A stretch of 24,000 nucleotides of DNA from positions 6,692 to 30,691 of the forward strand of contig DATCOJ010000063.1 in the NCBI GenBank assembly GCA_036564785.1, written 5' to 3'. The position numbers and the translations under genes are program-made. Below are positions 14,833 to 22,094 of the stretch, one piece after another. The stretch comes from Rhizomicrobium sp. Lineage in GTDB: Bacteria; Pseudomonadota; Alphaproteobacteria; Micropepsales; Micropepsaceae. Under the pieces are notes generated by a model, which worked only from the letters and a program-made list of their open reading frames with translations, ran no database searches and had not been told where the DNA came from. Position 1 is the first letter of the stretch. Each line of letters starts with the position of its first letter.

Positions 14833-17097
14833 TCAGGCGACCTGCCGAACGATGCGCGCCAGCGCCGCGTTCTCTTCCGAGCCTGAGAGGGCTTCGATGA
14901 TCTCGCGCGGCTCGCTGGCGGCGCTGCGCGACAATTGGAGCAGCAGCCGGCAGAGCTGGTACTTGAACAGGAACAGCCGGATCGCGCGCGGGCTTGCGCG
15001 GCGGCCGCTTTGCGACAGGCATTTGGCGACCTGCTCGCGCAACAGCGCAATCTCGCTGTCGACGAAACGCAGCGCCGAGCCGGAAAGCTTCGGCATTTCC
15101 TGAGTCGTGGACGTTTCGCCGGTAAACGCAGCGCCTTCGCCCCGGATGTGCTTTGGCGCCTTGTTTTCCCGCGGCAGTTGCGGACGCGGCGTAGACGGCT
15201 CACCTTCTTGCGCTTCGGGCTCCGGCACTCGCGCGACGAAGCGCTCCATCAGATCGCTCACCTCCTCCGGGGTCAGCGCCGGCAGCCGCAAATGGCACGC
15301 GAACAGCTTCTCGACATGTTCCTGCACGATGCCTTCCGCCGTAAAGTCGCCAGACTCCTTTTTTATGAGCTCGGAGAACTTGGTCAGGATGGCGTTCTTC
15401 AGGATGTCTTCGTCGACCAGCATCACGACCTGGACGCGCTTCTCAATCTCGTCGTCCTCAAGCAGGAGCTTGACCGCTTCGGCGATCTCGATCACCTCCG
15501 AGGGGCTGCAACGATCGAGGTCGTCGACGACGAGCAAAACCCTGTCCGGCCCGTCGGCGGCAGCGCGCAGGACGGCGAAGACCAGCACGACGAGCGAGCC
15601 CCAGACTGCGAAGCCCGCGGCATACAGCAACGCGTCCGCGGACGGCACGGCCATCATACGCCACAGCCATAACGCGGCGAACGCGGCGAGGCCGATCAAG
15701 CTCAAGCCCAGGGCGCCATTCGAGACCCGATCGGCCGGCGCCTCGGCGTCGTGGGCGACGAACGTGTGCTCGCGCGGCGACGGGATCCAGCTGACCAGCA
15801 GCGCACGAAGATCGTCGCCTACGAGCGCCTGCGGGCCGAGACGTTCGGCATGGCGCCCAAGCGTGGCATAGCGCGCGGTGAAGGCATGAACCGCTTCGAG
15901 CCCGCGCTCCGCCGTTCCCGATCCTACGATAAGGCCGCCCAGTCCCAGCGCGCTGACGCCGATCGCGAAGACTTGCCATAGCGGTTCGCGGACCGGAACG
16001 ACGAACAGGCCGAGCAGCAGCATGTCGAGCATGAGCAGCCAATAGCCGCGGCGCGCGACGCCGGTCTGCACCGCCAGACGAAACTTCTCGCGCAGCTTCG
16101 CGTGCATCGCGGGACGCGCAATCGACTGATAGAGGAACACCCAGGATTCCGGCGGGCGGCGATATTTCCAGGCGCTATACCAGACGACCTTGTAGTGGAG
16201 CTGGTCGAAATCGTCGCCTTCGACGCGATAGCCGCGGGCCGCCATCGCCATCTCGTATTGCTTCGGGTCCTCGAGCAAGGGCGTCAGCCGCCGCACCAGC
16301 CGCGTCTTGCCGATGCCCCACGGCCCGAAGAGACCGAAGCAGAACTCGCCGATCGCCGTGCGGAAGATCGTCGCAAGTGTCGTCGCATAGACATCGACGC
16401 TCGACGAAAGCTGAGCAGGATCGTCGGGATCACGGTCTATGTGGGTGCGCAGATCGGGTCGGGCTGGCTCCGCAGCTGGCGTCGATTCGTTAGTCGGTCG
16501 CCGCGCGTCATCGGCGACTGGTGTCACAGCATCATCGTCGTCGCCGACCGGGTATGGTAACAGGCTGCCTGGAGAGATGTCGATTCTGCGCAGTCTCCCC
16601 TGCAGCGCAGCCGAACGGTAGTGCAGCACCGAGTACAGCAAATCCATGGCGCCGATAATCGGCGGAAGCCAACTCTCCACAGCAAGACGCAGGGATTCGC
16701 TTGGCACAACCCGGCGGGCTTCCTTCTTTTCACGCACATTGGTCGGCAAGGATTCGGTCACGTAGTATTCGCGGATGAGCCGTTCCAGCTGATGCCGGTG
16801 CGGTTCAATGTTTCTGAGATGATATCGCGTGAAGCGGCGCAGTTCGGCCCTGTCCGCCGAAACATCCACCAGGACATGGCCTTCCTTCATCATTGTAGCC
16901 GCGGCCAGGAAGATGCCGGTGCACGAGACCTCGTAATTTCGATCGCGCTTTCGCGTCGCCAGAACGGATGCCCATTCCACCAGTGAGGCGGCCAACGGCG
17001 TCAGCGTGTGCTCGGCGAACAGCGCACGCATTTCCGCCGAGCTGAGCGACGGCATTGCCGGTTCGCCGCCACCCTTCATCCCGCCAGCCTCTGACAT
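14833..17097 (-). CDS. KAP-family P-loop NTPase with a 4-TM insertion in the NTPase domain and an unassigned N-terminal domain (754 aa from ATG 17097; the maximal ORF reaches TTG 17118, 761 aa)
   Basis: Walker A is GPWGIGKT (rc of 16303-16326). Four hydrophobic helices (about 15568-16047) lie between the Walker motifs. Walker B is LLVVDDLDRC (rc of 15508-15537), the family-typical DDLDRC. The C-terminal SPRAIRLFLFKYQLCRLL (14944-14994) resembles the conserved KAP tail. Start choice: ATG 17097 (GGGGGAAG upstream) or ATG 17079 (GAGG 8 nt upstream); 17118 is TTG with no SD. Confidence 0.8.
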   Translation of the reverse strand: MSEAGGMKGGGEPAMPSLSSAEMRALFAEHTLTPLAASLVEWASVLATRKRDRNYEVSCTGIFLAAATMMKEGHVLVDVSADRAELRRFTRYHLRNIEPHRHQLERLIREYYVTESLPTNVREKKEARRVVPSESLRLAVESWLPPIIGAMDLLYSVLHYRSAALQGRLRRIDISPGSLLPYPVGDDDDAVTPVADDARRPTNESTPAAEPARPDLRTHIDRDPDDPAQLSSSVDVYATTLATIFRTAIGEFCFGLFGPWGIGKTRLVRRLTPLLEDPKQYEMAMAARGYRVEGDDFDQLHYKVVWYSAWKYRRPPESWVFLYQSIARPAMHAKLREKFRLAVQTGVARRGYWLLMLDMLLLGLFVVPVREPLWQVFAIGVSALGLGGLIVGSGTAERGLEAVHAFTARYATLGRHAERLGPQALVGDDLRALLVSWIPSPREHTFVAHDAEAPADRVSNGALGLSLIGLAAFAALWLWRMMAVPSADALLYAAGFAVWGSLVVLVFAVLRAAADGPDRVLLVVDDLDRCSPSEVIEIAEAVKLLLEDDEIEKRVQVVMLVDEDILKNAILTKFSELIKKESGDFTAEGIVQEHVEKLFACHLRLPALTPEEVSDLMERFVARVPEPEAQEGEPSTPRPQLPRENKAPKHIRGEGAAFTGETSTTQEMPKLSGSALRFVDSEIALLREQVAKCLSQSGRRASPRAIRLFLFKYQLCRLLLQLSRSAASEPREIIEALSGSEENAALARIVRQVA

Positions 17098-17158
17098 GCT
17101 TCCCCCGCCAGATCCCAAGCTCAGCTTAGAGTTGCGGCAGCTAAGCGCAAGAGACGCT

Positions 17159-18055
17159 TTAGAGCCTGACCTCGCTCACGGAGGCGCGGACTTCGGCCGC
17201 GTAAGCGTTCATCATCGCCTCGCACATCTGGCCCGGGGCGAAATTCCAGCGCCCGATCTGGCGCACCGGCGTCACTTCCGCCGCGGTGCCGGTGAGGAAG
17301 CATTCGGAGAAACCTTCCAGCTCGTCCGGCTGGATATGACGCTCGATCACCGGAATCTGCCGCGCCCGCGCCAGCGCCATCACCGAGCGCCGCGTGATGC
17401 CGTCGAGGAAGCAGTCGGGCGTCGGCGTGTAGAGCTTGCCGTCGCCCACGAAGAACACGTTGGCGCCGGTCGCCTCCGCCACGTAGCCGCGATAGTCGAA
17501 CATGATGGCGTCGTGAAAGCCGTCGGCTTCCGCCTGGTGCTTGGCGAGCGTGCAGATCATGTAGAGCCCGGCCGCTTTGGACTTGGTCGGGGCGGTGTCC
17601 GGCGCCGGCCGTTTCCAGTCGGAAATCGTCAGGCGGATGCCCTTGAGCTTCTCGGCCGGCGAGAAATACGAGGGCCAGCGCCAGACCGCGATGGCGATGT
17701 GGACGCTGGAATGCGGCGCCGCAACGCTCATCTGCTCGCTGCCGCGAAACACCACCGGCCGCACGTAGCCGTCCTCGATATTCTGGACCCGCGCCGCCTC
17801 GTAGCAGGCGTCACTGATCTGCTGCTCGGTGAAGGGAATGGTCATCCCGAGGATGCGGGCCGATTCGAACAGCCGCGCGGTGTGCTCCGCGAGCTTGTAG
17901 ATGCGTCCCGAATAGATGCGCTCCCCCTCGAAGCAGCTGGAGGCATAGTGCAGCCCGTGGGTCAGCACATGGGTCTTGGCCTCGCGCCAGGGCACCAGCT
18001 TGCCGTCGTACCAGAGCGAGCCGTCGCGGTCGTCGAAGGGGATGATGTCTGCCAT
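17159..18055 (-). CDS. ilvE: Branched-chain amino acid aminotransferase, class IV (298 aa)
   Basis: AGAGGA lies 5 nt before the rc ATG (18053-18055). MADIIPFDDRDGSLWYDGKLVPWREAKTHVLTHGLHYASSCFEGERIY...KAAGLYM...GTAAEVTPV is the typical IlvE pattern. Confidence 0.9.
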   Translation of the reverse strand: MADIIPFDDRDGSLWYDGKLVPWREAKTHVLTHGLHYASSCFEGERIYSGRIYKLAEHTARLFESARILGMTIPFTEQQISDACYEAARVQNIEDGYVRPVVFRGSEQMSVAAPHSSVHIAIAVWRWPSYFSPAEKLKGIRLTISDWKRPAPDTAPTKSKAAGLYMICTLAKHQAEADGFHDAIMFDYRGYVAEATGANVFFVGDGKLYTPTPDCFLDGITRRSVMALARARQIPVIERHIQPDELEGFSECFLTGTAAEVTPVRQIGRWNFAPGQMCEAMMNAYAAEVRASVSEVRL

Positions 18056-18085
18056 AGTATCCTCTGGTAAACGCGCGAGACCGCC

Positions 18086-18109
18086 GGATGAGGGCGGCTT
18101 GCCTCATCC
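18086..18109. promoter_or_regulatory. Inverted repeat GGATGAGG-N8-CCTCATCC in the divergent ilvE/MarR intergenic region; candidate operator
   Basis: Read directly: perfect 8-bp arms at 18086-18093 and 18102-18109. The repeat lies 25 nt upstream of the MarR-family start (18134) and 31 nt from the ilvE start. Confidence 0.3.
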
Positions 18110-18133
18110 CGCGCCCGAAGTTAGGACTGTCGC

Positions 18134-18622
18134 ATGCCCAAATCCGCAGCAAGACCTGCCGGGTCTGCCTTATATCTTCGGGATGAAGAGCTTAGGCAAG
18201 GCGTCCGACTCCTGTTCCTGGCCTACCTCGATCTCTTCGACCGCGGGGGCGAGGCGCCGGCCGCGGCCAGGCTGGGCAGCGCCCACCGGCGCGCGCTTTA
18301 TTTCATCGGGCGGCGACCCGGGATTTCCGTGGCCGAACTGCTGGAAATCCTGAAGATCACCAAGCAAAGCCTGGGCCGTGTGATCAGTGAGCTGATCTGC
18401 AAGGGTCTCGTGGAACGCAAGCCTGGCCTGCGCGACCGGCGCACGCGCCAACTCAAGCTGACCGCCAAGGGCGCGGCCATGGATCAGGCCATCTGGAAGA
18501 TGCAGCGGCCGCTGATCGCGCGGGCTTGCCGCCGCGCCGGCGCCGAGGCGAGCGCGGGCTTCCATCGCGTGTTGCGGGCGCTGGCGGGCGAGCCGGACGC
18601 CGACAAGCGGAAGCTGCCGTGA
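18134..18622 (+). CDS. MarR-family transcriptional regulator (162 aa)
   Basis: AGGA lies 7 nt before ATG 18134. The winged-HTH region is ALYFIGRRPGISVAELLEILKITKQSLGRVISELICKGLVERKPGLRDRRTRQLKLTAKG. Confidence 0.8.
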   Translation: MPKSAARPAGSALYLRDEELRQGVRLLFLAYLDLFDRGGEAPAAARLGSAHRRALYFIGRRPGISVAELLEILKITKQSLGRVISELICKGLVERKPGLRDRRTRQLKLTAKGAAMDQAIWKMQRPLIARACRRAGAEASAGFHRVLRALAGEPDADKRKLP

Positions 18623-19323
18623 ACGCCGGCGCGCCCGGCGTCGAGAGCCCGCATCTGCTGGTGGTCGATGACGACGAGCGGCTGCGCGCCCTGCTGCAGC
18701 GCTATCTCTCGCAGAACGGATTCCGGGTGAGCGCGGCGGCGGACGCGGCCGAGGCGCGCACGCTGATGAAGAGCATGGCCTTCGATCTCCTGATCGTGGA
18801 CGTGATGATGCCGGGCGAGACGGGGCTCGATCTCACCCGTTCGGTGCGCGGCCAGTCGCAGGTGCCGATCCTCATCCTGACGGCGCGTGGCGAGCCGGAG
18901 GACCGCATCGCCGGGCTCGAGCACGGCGCCGACGATTATCTGCCCAAGCCATTTGAGCCGCGCGAACTGGTGCTGCGCTGCGGCGCGCTGCTCAGGCGCG
19001 CTGCGCCGCCGGTGCAAGCCCATCGCGAAGTGAAGATGGGCGAAGCGGTGTTCGATCCCGATCGCGGCGAACTGCGGCGCAAGGGCAAGCCGGTGCGGCT
19101 GACCAGTTCGGAATCCGCACTGCTGAAACTGTTCGCCGCCAATGCGGGACGGCCGTTCTCGCGCACCGATCTGTGCACCCGTCTCGGCGTGGCGCTGGAG
19201 CGCTCCATCGACGTGCAGGTGACGCGGCTCCGGCGCAAGATCGAGGAGGATCCCAAGCTGCCGCTTTACATCCAGACCGTGCGCGGCGTGGGCTATGTGC
19301 TCGTGCCGGACCGGGTGGACTGA
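18619..19323 (+). CDS. OmpR/PhoB-family response regulator (234 aa)
   Basis: GTG 18619 overlaps the MarR stop (GTGA). The receiver domain is HLLVVDDDERLRALL...DLLIVDVMMPGETGLDL...PILILTARGE...DDYLPKPFEPREL. The winged-helix output domain is SIDVQVTRLRRKIE...IQTVRGVGYVLV. Confidence 0.88.
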   Translation: MNAGAPGVESPHLLVVDDDERLRALLQRYLSQNGFRVSAAADAAEARTLMKSMAFDLLIVDVMMPGETGLDLTRSVRGQSQVPILILTARGEPEDRIAGLEHGADDYLPKPFEPRELVLRCGALLRRAAPPVQAHREVKMGEAVFDPDRGELRRKGKPVRLTSSESALLKLFAANAGRPFSRTDLCTRLGVALERSIDVQVTRLRRKIEEDPKLPLYIQTVRGVGYVLVPDRVD

Positions 19324-19325
19324 TC

Positions 19326-20666
19326 ATGAAGGGCCTGCATCCGTTTCGCGCGCTGAAGCGGACCATGCCGCGGGGCCTGTTCGGCCGCTCGCTGATCATC
19401 ATCGTGGCGCCGGTGGTGATCCTGCAGGGCATCGTCACCTACATTTTCTTCGAGCGGCATTACGACATCATGGTGGCGCGTATGGGCCGCAACGTGGCCG
19501 CCGACGTAGCCTTCCTGGTGAATCTGGAGGAGACCCATCCCGCCGGTCCCGAACGCAAGGCGCTGTTCGATATCGCCTCGCGCACGCTCGGCTACCAGAT
19601 CGCGGTGCTGCCCGGCGAGCGTCTCGGCCGCCCCTATCGCCATTCCACGCCCAATCTCAAGGACGCGATGACGGCGATCTTCGCCGGTCAGCTGGGTCAG
19701 GCGCGGCCGTTCACCTCGCGCGAAATCGGCGACTTCGTCGATCTCAAGGTGCAGGTGAAGGACGGCGTGCTGCGCATGATGATCCCGCGCAAGCGGCTGG
19801 TGGCGTCCAATGTCGACATCTTCATCCTGTGGATGGTGGGCTCGTCGCTGGTGCTGCTGGCGGTCGCGATCCTGTTCCTGCGCAACCAGGTGCGGCCCAT
19901 CGAGCAGCTGGCTCTGGCGTCGGAAAGCTTCGGCAAGGGCCGCGCGGTGCCCGACTTCAAGCCCTATGGCGCCACCGAAGTGCGCCGCGCCGCGCAGGCC
20001 TTCCTCACCATGCGCGACCGCATCGAGCGCTACGTCACCCAGCGCACCGAAATGCTGGCCAGCGTCAGCCACGACCTGAAGACGCCGCTCACCCGGCTCA
20101 AACTGGAACTCGCCATGATGGCCGACAGCGCCGACGTCAGCGCGCTGCAGGAGGACGTGGCCGAGATGGAGCATATGCTGGACGAATATCTCGACTTCGC
20201 GCGCGGCGAAGGCGGCGAGGATTCGCAAGTGTCCGACCTTGCCTCCATCGTCAACGAAGCGGCAGCGGCGGCGGGCCGCGCGCGCCGCGCCGGACCAGAG
20301 CGCCTGAAAGTGGAGACCGAATCCGGCATCAGCCTGTCGGTGAAGCGCAATGCGCTCAAACGCTGCACCACCAACCTGATCGACAATGCGCTGAAGCACG
20401 GCGCCCATGTCGGCGTGGCGCTCAGGCGCAACGGCCATCATGTCGAGATCGTGGTGGACGACGATGGCCCTGGTATTCCCGAGGAGCGGCGCGAGGAAGC
20501 CTTCCGCCCGTTCCATCGGCTCGACCAGGGCCGCAATCTGCAGAAGGGCGGCTCGGGTCTCGGCCTTGCCATTGCGCGGGACATTGCGCGCGCCCATGGC
20601 GGCGAGTTGATCCTGGACGAAAGCGCGCTCGGCGGCCTCCGCGCCGCCATCCGCCTGCCGGTTTAG
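19326..20666 (+). CDS. EnvZ-type sensor histidine kinase (446 aa)
   Basis: ATG 19326 lies 3 nt after the response-regulator stop. There are two TM segments (LIIIVAPVVILQGIVTYIFF and IFILWMVGSSLVLLAVAILFL) and a HAMP-like linker. The H-box is SHDLKTPLTRL, the N-box NLIDNALKHG, G1 DDDGPGIP and G2 GGSGLGLAIA. Confidence 0.88.
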   Translation: MKGLHPFRALKRTMPRGLFGRSLIIIVAPVVILQGIVTYIFFERHYDIMVARMGRNVAADVAFLVNLEETHPAGPERKALFDIASRTLGYQIAVLPGERLGRPYRHSTPNLKDAMTAIFAGQLGQARPFTSREIGDFVDLKVQVKDGVLRMMIPRKRLVASNVDIFILWMVGSSLVLLAVAILFLRNQVRPIEQLALASESFGKGRAVPDFKPYGATEVRRAAQAFLTMRDRIERYVTQRTEMLASVSHDLKTPLTRLKLELAMMADSADVSALQEDVAEMEHMLDEYLDFARGEGGEDSQVSDLASIVNEAAAAAGRARRAGPERLKVETESGISLSVKRNALKRCTTNLIDNALKHGAHVGVALRRNGHHVEIVVDDDGPGIPEERREEAFRPFHRLDQGRNLQKGGSGLGLAIARDIARAHGGELILDESALGGLRAAIRLPV

Positions 20667-21241
20667 TCGTCGTCGGATTTCGTGCGCCGCCCGCCGAACA
20701 GGTTTTCCGTGCGGCGGAGGTCCTGGTCGAGGCGGGCCATGGTCTTGCTCAAGGTCTTGTCGTCCTCGAGCCAGACGGGAATGGCGCGCGCGAGGATGCC
20801 CGCCAGCGCCAGCGCGCGAAGGGGAAGTGCTGGACCCGTATCGGCTTCCGCCAGCACGAACAGCCAGTTCGCCGCCGCCACCAACTCGGCGCGGGCGGCA
20901 ATCAAGGTCAGTGGATCGCGCTTCAGCCCGTCATAGAGCGAGCGCACGGCGCGCTTGTGCGGCGCCAGCAGCTCGAACCAGGTGAGCGAAACATCGAGCA
21001 GGCGGTCGCGTGCATCCTCGGAGCCGGGATCGCGGCGGTAGCGTTTGGCGATGTCGGTGCTGACGCTCGTCAGGATCAGGCCCAGCAAGGCCGGCTTGTT
21101 TGGCGCTGTGGTTTGCAGCGAGGCAAGCGGCTGCTTGGCCGCCTTGGCGACTTCGGCCATCGTCAACTCGGACCACGGCTTTTTCGCCAGCAGCTTCAGC
21201 GCGGCCTGCGCGAGCTGGGTTTCGGGATCGGCCTTTGCCAT
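20663..21241 (-). CDS. Probable TetR/AcrR-like regulator with a degenerate HTH (192 aa)
   Basis: This is the only ORF in the interval with ordinary protein composition. The N-terminal AALKLLAKKPWSELTMAEVAKAAKQPLASL resembles a TetR_N HTH, and the rest is all-helical. No clear SD is present. Its stop overlaps the kinase stop. Confidence 0.5.
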   Translation of the reverse strand: MAKADPETQLAQAALKLLAKKPWSELTMAEVAKAAKQPLASLQTTAPNKPALLGLILTSVSTDIAKRYRRDPGSEDARDRLLDVSLTWFELLAPHKRAVRSLYDGLKRDPLTLIAARAELVAAANWLFVLAEADTGPALPLRALALAGILARAIPVWLEDDKTLSKTMARLDQDLRRTENLFGGRRTKSDDD

Positions 21242-21280
21242 GCGCGCAGCATCGCGTACCGCGGCGTCCGGCTCAAGCGG

Positions 21281-21676
21281 TCACGGTCCCGCCAGCGTCC
21301 AGATGTGGCCGGCGGGATCGGCGATGCGGCAGCGCCGGCCGCCTTCGGTCGACGGCTGGATGGCTTCGACGATCCGGCCGCCGGCGGCTCGCGCGCGTTC
21401 GATGGCCGGCTCCAGTTCGGGCACGTCGATCCAGAAACCCACCGAGGTGCCGCCCAGCGCCGCAGGACTCTTCACCCCGATGGCCTCCATCGCGGGATAC
21501 TCATCGGCCAGGAACAGCGACTGCCGGCCGATGCGGAATTCGGAATGGCCGATCTTGCCGTTCGCCGGATCGACCCAGCGGCTCACTTCCTCCGCGCCGA
21601 GGCCTTTGACGTAGAACTCCATCGCCTTGGCGGCGTCGCCTGCGATCAGATAGATGACGACATCGGGATTGGGCAT
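21281..21676 (-). CDS. VOC-family (glyoxalase/bleomycin-resistance fold, PhnB-like) protein (131 aa)
   Basis: AAAGGAG lies 6 nt before the rc ATG (21674-21676). The sequence VIYLIAGDAAKAMEFYVKGLGAEE...GKIGHSEFRIG...LFLADE...RIADPAGHIWTL is typical of small VOC proteins. Confidence 0.8.
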   Translation of the reverse strand: MPNPDVVIYLIAGDAAKAMEFYVKGLGAEEVSRWVDPANGKIGHSEFRIGRQSLFLADEYPAMEAIGVKSPAALGGTSVGFWIDVPELEPAIERARAAGGRIVEAIQPSTEGGRRCRIADPAGHIWTLAGP

Positions 21677-21764
21677 GGCGGCTCCTTTCGTAGCCGTTCT
21701 AGCGCGCGTCCGCGACCCAAGGATTGTAAAAATTTCGCGCTGCCGGAGAGGCGCGAGCAGAAGG

Positions 21765-22067
21765 TCAGTAGTCGCCTGCCTGGACGGCGTCGAGCTTGCT
21801 CTGAAGATAGGCGCGATGTTCGGGCGTCAGGGTCCCGCCGTCTCCGGCTTGGAGCTCCACGCCCTCGTTGCGCAGGTCCATGAGCGCGCGAAGCTTCCGC
21901 GTCGACTTCCGATGCGTCGTGTAAGTTCCGCCGTGAAACATCGGGTCCGTCGCCTGGGGCCCAAAGGATTGGGGAACCATGACGATGGCCGTGGCCTCGG
22001 CGGGCACGGCCCAGGCGAGGCCGCAAAGCGAGAGCGCGATCATCAGCGTTTTCATTCGGCGGTCCAT
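21765..22067 (-). CDS. Small secreted protein of unknown function (100 aa; the start may be M5 at 22055)
   Basis: The signal peptide is (MDRR)MKTLMIALSLCGLAWAVPAEA|TA. The mature part is hydrophilic. No convincing SD is present for either start. Confidence 0.5.
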   Translation of the reverse strand: MDRRMKTLMIALSLCGLAWAVPAEATAIVMVPQSFGPQATDPMFHGGTYTTHRKSTRKLRALMDLRNEGVELQAGDGGTLTPEHRAYLQSKLDAVQAGDY

Positions 22068-22094
22068 ATTCCAAATGAACCCGAGGCGCCAGTC

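Noticed and set aside
14830-17124. 7-bp direct repeat AGCTCAG at both ends of the KAP ORF (14830-14836 and 17118-17124) as a target-site duplication
   Set aside because: It is only 7 bp and does not extend on either side. Given the freedom in choosing positions near the two ends, a chance match is quite plausible, and no terminal inverted repeats or recombinase accompany it. It is worth rechecking only if an empty site is found in a relative.
17124-17146. Hairpin GCTTAG-N11-CTAAGC between ilvE and the KAP gene as an ilvE terminator
   Set aside because: The stem is only 6 bp, the loop is 11 nt and no U-tract follows on the minus strand. This is insufficient for an intrinsic terminator, so read-through into the KAP gene remains likely.
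17006-18070. 354-aa plus-strand ORF
   Set aside because: It is antisense to ilvE and to the 5' end of the KAP gene. Its composition is shadow-frame like.
21728-21756. Hairpin TCGCGC-N10-GCGCGA followed on the minus strand by AAATTTTT, as a terminator after the small secreted-protein gene
   Set aside because: The stem is short (6 bp) and the T-tract is separated from it by AAA. It is possible but too weak to annotate.
19295-21883. 862-aa plus-strand ORF, the longest in the track
   Set aside because: It is out of frame with the histidine kinase and then antisense to the TetR-like and VOC genes. Its composition is R/G/A/P-rich and low-complexity with no recognisable domain. The in-frame kinase (H, N, G1 and G2 boxes) explains the region.
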